DNA of 60,608 bases, the filler included, from Candidatus Babelota bacterium (lineage in GTDB: Bacteria > JAGOBX01), in the NCBI GenBank assembly GCA_017999075.1. It is 12 parts of 12 records of this genome, joined end to end, with 100 filler letters (N's around TTAATTAATTAA, not from the genome) between each part and the next. Parts side by side here need not be neighbours in the genome. Positions count along the whole stretch, not along the records: positions 7,857 to 11,680 come from JAGOBX010000403.1; positions 11,781 to 15,575 come from JAGOBX010000404.1; positions 15,676 to 19,467 come from JAGOBX010000405.1; positions 19,568 to 23,349 come from JAGOBX010000407.1; 8 more parts are not named here. One strand, written 5' to 3'. Each line of letters begins with the position of its first letter. Within the stretch, counting starts at the first letter, position 1. Under the pieces are notes generated by a model. It did no database searches. It saw nothing but the letters and a program-made list of their open reading frames with translations, and was not told the origin of the DNA. The translations under genes were made by a program, and so were the position numbers. This document shows, in pieces, positions 10,625-20,977 of this stretch.

Positions 10625-10749
10625 TAAATAAAATGGCTGCACTACGATATATTTCAGACTGTATGCTCGTTGTATGTTCGCGACATACTCGTAGACCTTA
10701 CGGCTATGATTTTGCACCAGGCAAAATTGATAAATGCCAATGTTGTTTA
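10625..10749. other. Structured non-coding segment, possibly a degenerate attC-like site
   Basis: Ends are imperfectly complementary (TAAATAAAATGGC ... GCCAATGTTGTTTA). Internal stems CTACGA/TCGTAG, GTATGT/ACATAC and ATTTTGC/GCAAAAT. Confidence 0.3.
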
Positions 10750-10853
10750 ATATTAATACATATATATTGTCTATCTCAGATGCGAAGGATTTTTCTAAAA
10801 TCTGGTATAAGAAATTTCTATAATTTTATAACTAATTCTGAATTTAAATAGCA

Positions 10854-11010
10854 TTTGCATCTAATAAGACACACTTATCTTATTTATTATCAGAGACATA
10901 ATACATTTTTGCGTCTAATTTGCGTCTAAATTTTATCTATTTTTTGAGTATTAGATACAAAAGAATATAGCATACTATATCAAAAATTTCACGTACCAAA
11001 ACGTACCAAA
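10854..11010. repeat. Short tandem direct repeats downstream of tRNA-Ser, possibly integrase arm-type sites
   Basis: TTTGCGTCTAA x2 at 10908-10929 plus a 1-mismatch copy at 10854-10864; ACGTACCAAA x2 at 10991-11010. Confidence 0.55.
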
Positions 11011-11112
11011 CTATAGGTAAAACTAAGTAAATTTCAATGGATATTCTAGACAGGAAAAACAGATTAAAACGCCTTTATTTTCCGTATAAACCTATTGATA
11101 AACAAAGGATTA

Positions 11113-11204
11113 TGGCGGAGAGACTGGGATTCGAACCCAGGGTAAAGCTTACGCCCTACAACGGCTTTCGAGGCCGCCTCCTTCAACCGCTCGGACATCT
11201 CTCC
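11113..11204 (-). tRNA. tRNA-Ser(CGA)
   Basis: GGAGAGATGTCCGAGCGGTTGAAGGAGGCGGCCT-CGA-AAGCCGT, long variable arm, GGGTTCGAATCCC T-arm, TCTCTCC-G-CCA end. Confidence 0.97.
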
Positions 11205-11279
11205 GTAAAGTCGTTTTAATCTGTTTTTATAGCGTAAAACACTTGAAAAACAAAGGTTTATTGCAAGTGTTGAAGTGGA

Positions 11280-11307
11280 ATTATATATTGTTTTTTGGAA
11301 TTGTCAA
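11280..11307 (-). promoter_or_regulatory. sigma70-type promoter of tRNA-Ser
   Basis: TTGACA-N16-TATAAT on the minus strand ~75 bp upstream of the tRNA. Confidence 0.7.
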
Positions 11308-11971
11308 GAGACAAGATTTTACCTGAATTTACCTGGTTTTACTTAGTTTTAGTCCCGAATAAAATCGAAAAAATAATAGAGCTGTATTATGTAAAAATAA
11401 ATAAGCGGACAATAAAACGCGATATTAATGATTTAATGTTTTAAAATAAAATTGACAAGCAGATAATTTTTATAAATCGAATATAAAAATATTAAAGATG
11501 TTTATGGCTGTAAAATTTGAAAAGTAAAGTTCATTTCTAAAATTTTTTTTTATATTTTTTATTTTTATTCTCGATGTGATTATTAGCAAAAAAATTTTTT
11601 TTGAAAAAAATTGCTGAAAATTCAAGTTTTTTTGTAATTTAACCCCAAAATTTTAAAATATTTTCATTAAAATCATACAANNNNNNNNNNNNNNNNNNNN
11701 NNNNNNNNNNNNNNNNNNNNNNNNTTAATTAATTAANNNNNNNNNNNNNNNNNNNNNNNNNNNNNNNNNNNNNNNNNNNNGTATAAATGTTATTACTAAA
11801 TGACATAAAAATCAAGGTATTTCTTGATTATAAAGATGTTTATTATTTAATATATAATAACTGAACATTCAAGGAAAATATTTATTTTAATATTTAAATC
11901 AGGTTTTGCTTTTTGTATGAATAATACGTGAATGATTTTTGGAGTTATCAAATTACAAGAATTTGCGCGTA

Positions 11972-12000
11972 TTGACAAATTATAGAAAGTATTATATAAA
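11972..12000 (+). promoter_or_regulatory. sigma70-type promoter of the metal ABC operon
   Basis: TTGACA-N17-TATAAA 25 bp upstream of the ATG at 12026. Confidence 0.55.
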
Positions 12001-12025
12001 ATAGAGAAAAATTTATAAAAAGTAA

Positions 12026-12910
12026 ATGAAAAATAAATTGAAAACCTCAACAGCAATATTTGTTTTTATAGTCACTTTTTTAAGCATAAAACCAGTCATG
12101 TCAGATGTGAGGGTTTTTACTTCAATTGAACCAGTTGCTTATTTAATAGAAAAAATAGGCAGTAATAAGGTAATTGTAAATTCTATGATTCGGGCCGGAG
12201 AAAGTCCGCATACATATGAACCAAAACCTTCTCAGCTTGCAGCGCTAAGCAAAGCTGATATGTATGTAAAACTCGGCAGTGGAATAGAATTTGAATCAGT
12301 GTGGATGCCTAAACTTTTAAAGATAAATCAGAATATGAAAATAATTGATGCTTCAAAAAATGTAAAACTGATTAAATTTTCTGAACCGGATCATAATCAT
12401 GAGAATGGAGAATCCCACGAATGTTCTGCTGATCCGCATATATGGCTGTCGGTGAGTAATGCTATGGTTATGACTGAAAATATAAAAAAAGCATTGTGCA
12501 TTGTCGATCCTGCAAATAAATATTTTTACGAATCAAATTCAAATATATTGATAGAGGAATTGACAGCCCTTAAACGTGATACTGAAAATAAATTAAGAAA
12601 CATTAAAAACAGGAAGTTTATTATTTTTCATCCATCGTTTGGTTATTTTGCCGATGAATTTAACCTTATTCAGATTCCGGTTGAAATCGGAGGAAAAGAA
12701 CCTGGACCTAAACAATTGCGGAAAATCATCCAAACTGCAAAAGAACAAAATGTGAAAGTTATTTTTGCTTCACGTTCTTTCAGCAAAAAAAATGCGGAAT
12801 TGATTGCAGATGAAATTAAAGGAAAAGTGCAGGAGATAGATGAATTGTCCAAGGATTATATAAAAAATTTAAAGAAAATAACCGAAGTATTTAGAAAAAA
12901 TTTAGAATAA
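12026..12910 (+). CDS. znuA: Zn/Mn ABC transporter substrate-binding protein (ZnuA/TroA family)
   Basis: Signal peptide, SPHTYEPKP, His-rich loop, DPHIWLS, FHPSFGYFA, GKEPGP. Confidence 0.92.
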   Translation: MKNKLKTSTAIFVFIVTFLSIKPVMSDVRVFTSIEPVAYLIEKIGSNKVIVNSMIRAGESPHTYEPKPSQLAALSKADMYVKLGSGIEFESVWMPKLLKINQNMKIIDASKNVKLIKFSEPDHNHENGESHECSADPHIWLSVSNAMVMTENIKKALCIVDPANKYFYESNSNILIEELTALKRDTENKLRNIKNRKFIIFHPSFGYFADEFNLIQIPVEIGGKEPGPKQLRKIIQTAKEQNVKVIFASRSFSKKNAELIADEIKGKVQEIDELSKDYIKNLKKITEVFRKNLE

Positions 12911-12926
12911 CAAGTTAATATTTTTT

Positions 12927-13679
12927 ATGGAAAAAATAATAGAAGTTAAAGAACTTTATGCAGGTTATGATAAAAATGTAATTATAGAAAATATTAACCT
13001 TGATGTTTTTAAAAATGAATTTGTCGGGATTATAGGACCTAACGGCGGAGGAAAAACAACTTTTTTAAAAACATTGCTTGGGCTGCACCCTGTTAAAAGC
13101 GGCAGTATAAAAATTTTCGGAAACAGTCCTGAAACCGCAAGAAAATTTTTCGGGTATGTTCCGCAGGAAAATAAGTTCGATTGGAAATTTCCAATGAAAG
13201 TTATTGATATAGTTTTATCAGGCAGATTGAAATTCAAAAATGGGTTCAAATATTATTATTCAAAAGATGATTTGAAAAAGTCAAATGAAATGCTTGAAAG
13301 ATTTGACATGCTTAAATATAAGGATACTCATATTTCAGAATTATCAGGCGGTCAAAAAAAACGCGTTTTTATATGCAGGGCGTTAGTGACCGAATCAGAT
13401 ATTTTGCTTCTTGATGAACCAACTTCAGAACTGGATGCCCATATTGAAAATACGATATATGATAAATTAAAAAAACTTAACGAACATAAAACTATAATAC
13501 TTGTTACTCATGATATCGGAATTATTTCAGGATATGTTACAAAAGTCTGCTGCCTGAATAGAAAATTATTTTATCATGAGTCAGGAAAAATTACCGGAGA
13601 TATGATAAGAGAAGCATATCATTGCCCTGTTGATTTAATAGCGCACGGAATTCCGCACCGTGTTTTTGAGGAACACTAA
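12927..13679 (+). CDS. znuC: Zn/Mn ABC transporter ATP-binding protein
   Basis: GPNGGGKTT, GYVPQ, LSGGQ, LLLDEPT, VTHD. Confidence 0.92.
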   Translation: MEKIIEVKELYAGYDKNVIIENINLDVFKNEFVGIIGPNGGGKTTFLKTLLGLHPVKSGSIKIFGNSPETARKFFGYVPQENKFDWKFPMKVIDIVLSGRLKFKNGFKYYYSKDDLKKSNEMLERFDMLKYKDTHISELSGGQKKRVFICRALVTESDILLLDEPTSELDAHIENTIYDKLKKLNEHKTIILVTHDIGIISGYVTKVCCLNRKLFYHESGKITGDMIREAYHCPVDLIAHGIPHRVFEEH

Positions 13680-14482
13680 TGGAAATTTTGGAATATGAAT
13701 TTATACAGAATGCATTGATCGCTGTATTGTTATTAAGCATATGCTGCGGGATAATAGGAACATATATTGTAATCCGAAGAATGGTTTTCATAAGTGATGG
13801 GATTGCGCATACTGTTTTCGGCGGAATCGGAATAGCGCATTATTTTAAATTAAACATTTTTGCAGGAGCATTTTTATTTGGAATAATTTCAACTGTTTTA
13901 TTTGAATATATTGTTAAACGCTTTAAAGAACGGACAGATACAATAATTGGGATAATTCTCGCTGCCGGAATGGCAGTAGGGGTAATATTTATTAATTTGA
14001 CACCAGGTTATTCCGGAGATTTATTCAGTTATTTATTCGGCAATATTCTGATGGTTAAACGGAGTGAACTTATATTCATATCGGTATTCAATTTAATATT
14101 GATAATATTTACAACTGTATATTTTCAAGTAATTAAATCAATATCTTTCGATGAGGATTTCGCTATTATTTCAGAATTGCCTGTAAAATTTATTGATTTC
14201 TGCATGATGATTTTTATAACTTTATCAATAATTTTATTGATAAAAGCAGTTGGAATAATACTTGTTATAGCTATGCTTACAATTCCGCCCAGCATAGCAA
14301 ATAATTTTTTTAATGATTTGAAAAAAATTATGATTTTTTCTGTTATAATAGGAATGCTTTTTGGAATTGCAGGGCTATATTTTTCTTATATTTTTGATTT
14401 GCCTGCAGGAGCAATAATAATTGTTATTGCAGCTTTATCTTATTTTTTGTTATTTGTGAAGAAAATTATATTTAAAAATTGA
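13679..14482 (+). CDS. znuB: Zn/Mn ABC transporter permease
   Basis: DGIAH..FGG, SYLFGNIL, FDEDFA, VGIILVIAMLTIP; TAATG coupling to znuC. Confidence 0.92.
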   Translation: MEILEYEFIQNALIAVLLLSICCGIIGTYIVIRRMVFISDGIAHTVFGGIGIAHYFKLNIFAGAFLFGIISTVLFEYIVKRFKERTDTIIGIILAAGMAVGVIFINLTPGYSGDLFSYLFGNILMVKRSELIFISVFNLILIIFTTVYFQVIKSISFDEDFAIISELPVKFIDFCMMIFITLSIILLIKAVGIILVIAMLTIPPSIANNFFNDLKKIMIFSVIIGMLFGIAGLYFSYIFDLPAGAIIIVIAALSYFLLFVKKIIFKN

Positions 14483-14606
14483 AAATTATTAAATAGATTT
14501 ACAGTCTGCCGTATCTTCAGTAAGAAAAAAAGAAAAATTGATTTTTATAACAGACTAAATATAATATATATAATATAATATATATAAGTTAAGGAGCAAG
14601 ATAAAA

Positions 14607-15452
14607 ATGAAACTTGAATTTCAGAAGTTTTGCGGAGCAGGAAATGATTTTATAATTATTGATAACCGTAATTTTAAACAGACAATAAAAAATCGCGCTG
14701 ATTTTGCCGTTAAATATTGTAAACGCGGATTATCAATAGGCGCTGACGGAGTTATATTCATTGAAAATTCAAATATCGCTGATTTTAAAATGAGTTTGTT
14801 TCAGCCTGATGGAAGTCAGGCTGAAATGTGCGGAAACGGAGGAAGGTGCGCTGCGCAATTTGCATATTTGAATGGTATAACCAATAAAAATATGAAATTT
14901 GAAACTCCTGCAGGATTAATAGAAGCTTTTATTTTAGATAATAGCGTTTCTGTAAAATTAACCCAGCCTTCGAATCTTAAAATTACAGGTATAGTTAAAA
15001 TTGAAGAATTGAATTTATCATTTGAGTATGGTTTTATAAATACTGGAGTTCCGCATACTGTTATATTTTCTGATAATCTTGAAGAAATGGATATAAAAAA
15101 AATCGGGAATAAAATAAGATTTCATAAAGATTTTGCGCCAGCAGGAACCAATGTTAATTTTATAAGAATAAATAATGACAATTCGTTGTCTATAAGAACT
15201 TATGAAAGAGGAGTTGAAGATGAAACTCTTGCATGCGGGACAGGGAGTACAGCAGCGGCTTTAATTGCTTCATTAAAAAAAGGATTGGAATCTCCGGTAT
15301 CTGTAAAAACAAAAAGCGGGCTGGTTTTAAAAATACATTTTGAATTTGAAAAATTGAAGAATAACGATTTGCAGAATATAAATTTGTTTCTTGAAGGCAA
15401 TGCTGAAAAAATTTATGATGGATATTTGGATATACAGGATAATTTTATATGA
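14607..15452 (+). CDS. dapF: Diaminopimelate epimerase
   Basis: GAGNDF, GADG, EMCGNGGRC, NTGVPH, RTYERGVEDETLACGTG; AAGGAG RBS. Confidence 0.97.
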   Translation: MKLEFQKFCGAGNDFIIIDNRNFKQTIKNRADFAVKYCKRGLSIGADGVIFIENSNIADFKMSLFQPDGSQAEMCGNGGRCAAQFAYLNGITNKNMKFETPAGLIEAFILDNSVSVKLTQPSNLKITGIVKIEELNLSFEYGFINTGVPHTVIFSDNLEEMDIKKIGNKIRFHKDFAPAGTNVNFIRINNDNSLSIRTYERGVEDETLACGTGSTAAALIASLKKGLESPVSVKTKSGLVLKIHFEFEKLKNNDLQNINLFLEGNAEKIYDGYLDIQDNFI

Positions 15453-15575
15453 TAATCCAAAACATTAAATCTGTAAAAGATTTGATTTTAAAGCGGTTTG
15501 AACTTAGTGATGAAACTGTTGTAAAAAGAGTTTCTGAAATATTGAGTGAAGTTAAAAAAAAAGGCGATACAGCAT
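15449..15575 (+). CDS. hisD: Probable histidinol dehydrogenase, N-terminal fragment
   Basis: V..IL.EVKKKGD.A resembles the HisD N-terminus; ATGA overlap with dapF; truncated by linker. Confidence 0.65.
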
Positions 15576-15675
15576 NNNNNNNNNNNNNNNNNNNNNNNNN
15601 NNNNNNNNNNNNNNNNNNNTTAATTAATTAANNNNNNNNNNNNNNNNNNNNNNNNNNNNNNNNNNNNNNNNNNNN

Positions 15676-15737
15676 TCTTTGCTGAAAAAAATATATCCGG
15701 GCTGCAGCATATAATTGTATGATTCAATGTTATTCAT
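15676..15737 (-). CDS. cheD: Probable chemoreceptor glutamine deamidase CheD, N-terminal fragment
   Basis: Manual translation MNNIESYNYMLQPGYIFFSK resembles the CheD start (Y.L.PG.I..S); lies directly downstream of two MCP genes. Confidence 0.6.
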
Positions 15738-15839
15738 ATTATTTGTTTGAGTTCTTATTTATTATGTATAAAAAAGTTTTAAATTATTTTTAGAATTATA
15801 ACATAATTATCAATAATTAGTCAATTTTAAAAAATGATT

Positions 15840-17474
15840 TTAAATTTTATTTTTATTTCCTTTTATTAAAATATTTAGTTCATTAACTATATCCATTAAA
15901 CTTTCAGCCTGGCTGTTTAGTTGTTCAGCAGCAGCGGATGTTTGTTCTGCGGCAGCAGAATTCTGCTGAGTAACCTGTTCTATCTGAGAAACTGCTTTAG
16001 AAGTTGGTTCAATTCCATTTGATTGTTCAATAGACGCCTGAGCTATACCATCTACCTGATTTATTGCTGAGCGCATATATTCTGAAGCTTCTTTAGAACT
16101 TGAATTAATTTCTTTTACAATATCTGCAACTTTTACAGCGCTTTCAACAATCTTTTTCATTGATTCAGAACCTCTTAACGCAACTTCCGCACCTGCGTGA
16201 GATTTTCTTACGCTTTCTTTAATTAAATCAGCTATTTCTTTTGCTGCTGTACGTGAAGTTTCAGCAAGTTTACTTACTTGATCAGCTACTACAGCAAATC
16301 CCTGACCGTGTTCTCCTGCTCGCGCAGCTTCAATAGCAGCGTTAACAGCAAGCATTTTAGTTTGCTGAGCTATTTCATTTATAGTATCAATTATATCAGT
16401 AATTTTTTCACTGCTTTTTCTTATGTCTTCCATGGAACCGGCTATTTCATTTATGACTCCGGCTCCTGTTTCTACAAGAATTTTTGCTTCGTTCATTCCG
16501 TCTTCGGCAATTTTAGCGTTTGATGCGTTTAATTGTATTATGTTTTCAACTTTTTTTACAGAGCTAACTGCAGATTTACTTTCTTCAGCATTTTTAAGCG
16601 ACTGCGAAGATAGTTCTTCGATGGTTGCAGAACTTTCTTCGAGAGAAGCAGCCTGTTTCTGAGCGCCTTCTGAAAGCTGTATGCTTGCTGAAGAAATATC
16701 TTTTGAAGCTGATTTAAACCCGTCTGCTCCTGTAGTTAAATCATTTATAATTTTATTAATTGGATTTACGATTCCTGCAGAAACAATATTTATAATTATG
16801 ATAACCAAAACTGCAATAACTAAACTGCAGATTATTATGATGAATGATATTTTATTGTTATCATTCTCATTTTTTTTGGATTGTTCATTCAATTGTTTTT
16901 CTATTTCATCAATATAAATTCCTGTTCCCAAAATCCATCCCCATTCAGGAAATAATTTTACATACGAAAGTTTTGGCTGAGGTTTATCAGAACCTGGTTT
17001 CGGCCACATATATTCTACGGTGCCTTCTCCTTTTTCCGAACATATTTTTACAAATTCTTTAAAAATATATTTGCCGTTAGGATCTTTGTTACCAGATAAA
17101 TCAGAACCGTTCATTTCAGGTTTAATAGGATGCATAATCATTTTAGGAGATAAATCGTTGATCCAGAAATATTCTGTTTTGTTGTAACGGAAATTCTGCA
17201 TCCGAGCAGCTGCTCTTTTTTGAGCTTCTTCAAGAGAAAATTCTCCTTTATCCACGCGCGCCTGATATTCTGTAATAAGAGTATAACATATTTCAATAAG
17301 AGTTTTTAACTGATTTTCTTTAGATTCTATCAAATTTGTTTTATAATTTTTAAGTTGAGATTCAAACATTTTGTTTAAACTGTAACGCACTGCTGAAATT
17401 ATTATGATTATCAATAAAAAAAGAGTTATAATATTTGCGCACAATATTTTTGATTTAAGTTTCATAAAAAACAA
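15840..17474 (-). CDS. Methyl-accepting chemotaxis protein with sCache_2 sensor
   Basis: Two TM helices; [41 protein letters not shown]; signalling domain with [22 protein letters not shown]. Confidence 0.95.
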   Translation of the reverse strand: MFFMKLKSKILCANIITLFLLIIIIISAVRYSLNKMFESQLKNYKTNLIESKENQLKTLIEICYTLITEYQARVDKGEFSLEEAQKRAAARMQNFRYNKTEYFWINDLSPKMIMHPIKPEMNGSDLSGNKDPNGKYIFKEFVKICSEKGEGTVEYMWPKPGSDKPQPKLSYVKLFPEWGWILGTGIYIDEIEKQLNEQSKKNENDNNKISFIIIICSLVIAVLVIIIINIVSAGIVNPINKIINDLTTGADGFKSASKDISSASIQLSEGAQKQAASLEESSATIEELSSQSLKNAEESKSAVSSVKKVENIIQLNASNAKIAEDGMNEAKILVETGAGVINEIAGSMEDIRKSSEKITDIIDTINEIAQQTKMLAVNAAIEAARAGEHGQGFAVVADQVSKLAETSRTAAKEIADLIKESVRKSHAGAEVALRGSESMKKIVESAVKVADIVKEINSSSKEASEYMRSAINQVDGIAQASIEQSNGIEPTSKAVSQIEQVTQQNSAAAEQTSAAAEQLNSQAESLMDIVNELNILIKGNKNKI

Positions 17475-17518
17475 CTCCTTATCTCTAAAAAATTTCAGCG
17501 GTGCAATTTTAATTCAAA

Positions 17519-19467
17519 TTATTTTTTGTTATCGTTAAATTCCGAAAAATCGTCTTTCATAGGAATAACTTCTTTAGGATTAATTTCAGTCGAACCTTTA
17601 GGATGCTTTGATTTTTTAGCGATAGAAATGTTGGCAGAATGATTGTTTCCTAAAGCCTGAAATTTTCCTTTACCTGTTTCAAATTTCTGATTTTTTACTG
17701 GAATTATGTGCGTTTTATTTTTTGAACTTTGAATTCTGCTGTGTATATCTCCGCCTTTTTCTCCTTTAACCAAAATGTTCAGTTCCTGCACTATATCAAT
17801 CAGACTTTCAGCCTGGCTGTTAAGTTCTTCAGCAGCAGCTGATGTTTCTTCGGCAGCAGCAGAATTCTGCTGTGTAACCTGATCAATCTGTGAAACCGCT
17901 TTTGAAGTCTGTTCAATGCCGTTTGCCTGTTCAAGAGACGCTTGAGTGATTTGATCCAGCTGCTGATTTACTGTATAAGCTGATTCTTTAACTTCTTTAG
18001 CTATAGACGCAACTTCATTTGCTATATCCACGACTTTAACAGAATTGACAGTAATGTTTTTTATTGATTCAGCTCCCTTCTGAGCAGTCTGAGCTCCGGC
18101 TCCAGTTTTTCTTACGCTTTCTTTAATCAGTTCTGATATTTCTTTAGCTGCAGCTCTTGAAGTTTCCGCAAGTTTACTTACCTGATCAGCTACTACAGCA
18201 AATCCCTGACCGTGTTCTCCTGCGCGCGCAGCTTCAATAGCAGCATTGACAGCAAGCATTTTAGTCTGCTGAGCTATTTCGTTTATAGTATCGATTATAT
18301 CAGTGATTTTTTCACTGCCTTTTCTGATATCTTCCATAGCGTCTAAAATTTCATTCATAACTTTCATACCGCTTTCAGCAGCGCTTCTTGCGTCTGAAGC
18401 AAGCACAGAAACATTTTTTGCATTATCTGCTGCAGTAGAACTTATTTCCACCACTTTCTTAGCGCTGACATTAGCGTTTTTACTTGTTTCTGCGTTTGTA
18501 TGGGACTGAGACGCCATCTCTTCCATAGTTGCAGACATTTCTTCTATTGAAGCTGCCTGTTCCTGTGCTCCTTCCGATAACTTTATGCTTGCAGAAGTAA
18601 TCTGACCTGATGCTGAAGTTACCTGTTGTGCGCCTGAACTTAAATCCCCGACTATTTTTAAAATAGGTTTAGTAATAGAATTTGCAGTTATAAGTATAAC
18701 CGCTACAAGTATTATAATTAAAATTAAACTTATAAAAATTGTAGTGTTTCTGATTTCAATTGATTGTTCCATTACTTTTTCCATAGGTATTGATACTACA
18801 AAAGACCATGGAGTTTTTGAATTCCCTATAGAAATAGGGAATAATTCAAAATGAGAAATATTTCCTGATGCAAGTGATTTTTTTTGGAAGGAAAATTCAG
18901 CACCATTAGTGATTTTACCATTTAGATCAAATTTTTCGTTTTCGTTTTTGTTTAGTTCAATAAAATTTTTTCCTACATTTTCTGCTTTGCCTCCGTGCGC
19001 TACATAAGTTCCGTTATTGGCAACAAGAAAAGCATATCCTGTTTCAAATGGTTTTATTTGTTTTATTACATCCTGAAATTCTTCCAAAGCTATATCAATT
19101 CCAGCAACTCCAATGATTTTATCATCACGTTTTATAGGAACGCATAAGGATGTTATTAATACATCTTTGCCTCCTATTTTATAATAATATGGATTTATGA
19201 CAGTTTCATTGCCGGTTTTTAAAGCTAATAAATAGTAATCTCCAGCGCCTGGTTTTTCATAATCAAGCAGCGGTTCCAGATGCAGATTTTCTCCGCTTCT
19301 GTTCCAATAAGGTATAAATCTTCCGGTAGAATCATGACCTGGTTTATTTACAAAATCTAAATCCCTGTTATCAAATAAGTCTGGTTCCCAGCATGACCAT
19401 ACTCCGATAAACTCTTTGTTTTTTTCTAAAATATGTTTGAGTATTGAACTGACTCTTTCTCTTCTGA
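17519..19467 (-). CDS. Methyl-accepting chemotaxis protein with dCache_1 sensor, 5'-truncated
   Basis: Frame open to the contig edge ([33 protein letters not shown]); C-terminal tail [10 protein letters not shown]. Confidence 0.95.
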
Positions 19468-19568
19468 NNNNNNNNNNNNNNNNNNNNNNNNNNNNNNNNN
19501 NNNNNNNNNNNTTAATTAATTAANNNNNNNNNNNNNNNNNNNNNNNNNNNNNNNNNNNNNNNNNNNNT

Positions 19569-19799
19569 GATAAATCATTTCAGCAAAGCGATTTCTACAA
19601 AAAACGCAATAAATCTGCAAAAGATGATTTTAAAGAATTTAAGGGTAACGCCATGGGAGAGATAAAAACAGTCAAAAAAAAAGGAAGCAGAAAAAATTAT
19701 GACAATGACGAATCTTATTCCGATGAAAAACCTAAAAAAAAATCAAAAAAATCTTCTAAAAAAAAGAATAAAAAAAACTATAACGAAGACGAGGAATAA
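19569..19799 (+). CDS. C-terminal fragment of an unknown protein with a Lys/Asp/Glu-rich tail
   Basis: 77-codon open frame from the contig edge: DKSFQQSDFYKKRNK...KKNYNEDEE*. Confidence 0.55.
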   Translation, partial: DKSFQQSDFYKKRNKSAKDDFKEFKGNAMGEIKTVKKKGSRKNYDNDESYSDEKPKKKSKKSSKKKNKKNYNEDEE

Positions 19800-19914
19800 A
19801 CAAAAAACGTAATTAAACCATCAAAGTAATTTAAAATGTAAATAAAAATTTATAAATAAAGGAGTAACAGTTTCGAGACAAAATAAATTATTAAATTTAT
19901 AAAAAGGAGCAATT

Positions 19915-20682
19915 ATGAAAACTAAAAATTTTCAAAAAGGGTTCGCTTATAAAGTTAAGGACAAAACAGCTTATTATCTCGGAATTATTGATGGAATAAA
20001 TATTTTTAAACTCTCATTAGATTGTCATTTACATTTATTTTATTTTGAAAAAAATAAAATTTCGAAAATCTCAAGTTTTGAAAAAAACAAAATCGAAATG
20101 TTTAAAAATGAAGAATTGCCGGAAGACATTAAGCTTATTGATGGAAATTCTGTTGAAATTGACGATTCTGAATTATTGAAATTTATTTTTACCGCGAAAC
20201 CAATGTTTCCTAATTCTGCTTTTTGTCCCGAAGGGAAACTGGAAGAACTTTTTGAAAGAAAAGGCATTATCTTCAATGAATCTGATAAAATAGAATTGAA
20301 TAAAAAGTATCGCGCAGTTAATCCGTCGTATTGTATAATAAAAAACAATTCTATCTACAGACAGACTGATATGTGGGAAAAATACCCTGATTTAATCTTA
20401 AAATTAGTGCCTTTTGATAAAAAAGTTTTTTTAAACTCGTCTGATTTTAAAGATGATGGCGAATTATATTTATCTGCAGTTTCAAGCGAATCATACGGCG
20501 GCACTCATAAAGATTTCGATTCGTTAAAAAATAAAGTAACCGATTCATTCGATAATTTTACTAAAGGATCCAAAATGGCTGAGTTTAAAAGAACATTCGT
20601 CATTAAAGAAAAAAAATCCGAATATTTCAATAAATTAGGAATTGATGTAAATAAAATTATTTTATTAAAAAAATCTGTGTAA
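19915..20682 (+). CDS. Hypothetical protein
   Basis: 255-aa ORF with AAGGAG RBS; no recognised motif. Confidence 0.7.
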   Translation: MKTKNFQKGFAYKVKDKTAYYLGIIDGINIFKLSLDCHLHLFYFEKNKISKISSFEKNKIEMFKNEELPEDIKLIDGNSVEIDDSELLKFIFTAKPMFPNSAFCPEGKLEELFERKGIIFNESDKIELNKKYRAVNPSYCIIKNNSIYRQTDMWEKYPDLILKLVPFDKKVFLNSSDFKDDGELYLSAVSSESYGGTHKDFDSLKNKVTDSFDNFTKGSKMAEFKRTFVIKEKKSEYFNKLGIDVNKIILLKKSV

Positions 20683-20907
20683 ATGAAAAATCTGGTAAAA
20701 AACTTTTTCAAACATTATTGTCCGAAATTATATTACAGTGAAAAAATCCAAAAATTTTTATTTTATTTATTTCTGCCTTCTCCAATAAAATACTTGATTT
20801 TATTATTAATAATCCTTATTTTCATTCTGATATGGAACGGGTTCAGTACCGATGATATGTCTATGAGAGTTACTGGTTACAGCATAGATAAAAACGAAAA
20901 ATTTTAA
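20683..20907 (+). CDS. Small hypothetical membrane protein
   Basis: 74 aa, one hydrophobic helix, abuts the previous stop codon. Confidence 0.5.
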   Translation: MKNLVKNFFKHYCPKLYYSEKIQKFLFYLFLPSPIKYLILLLIILIFILIWNGFSTDDMSMRVTGYSIDKNEKF

Positions 20908-20928
20908 TTTTATTAATTTATACGTAAG

Positions 20929-20967
20929 TTTCAGCCATGAACAAATAAAAATTATTCATGGCTGAAA
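20929..20967. terminator. Probable bidirectional intrinsic terminator
   Basis: TTTCAGCCATGAA...TTCATGGCTGAAA 13-bp perfect stem between convergent genes. Confidence 0.75.
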
Positions 20968-20977
20968 TTATAAAATA

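Noticed and set aside
10633-10851. 72-aa ORF after the rhodanese gene
   Set aside because: No RBS, atypical composition and it overlaps the hairpin-rich non-coding element.
11037-11219. 60-aa ORF (MAERLGFEPRV...)
   Set aside because: Classic spurious translation antisense to the tRNA-Ser.
11301-11444. Short frame containing KRTIKRDINDL, resembling a DeoR/HTH_11 recognition helix
   Set aside because: Under 50 codons, overlaps the tRNA promoter and has no convincing start; at most a gene remnant.
11786-11806. Possible Zur/Fur box (ATGTTAT-N6-ATGACAT) upstream of znuA
   Set aside because: Half-site spacing differs from the Zur consensus I know, it lies ~165 bp from the promoter at a contig edge, and such matches arise easily in AT-rich DNA.
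14558-14588. TATAATATATA-type short tandem repeat upstream of dapF
   Set aside because: Low-complexity AT sequence in a promoter region; not distinguishable from background.
16278-18509. Many 60-125-aa antisense or alternate-frame ORFs here and across the window
   Set aside because: They lie within well-supported genes and are shadow ORFs caused by codon bias.
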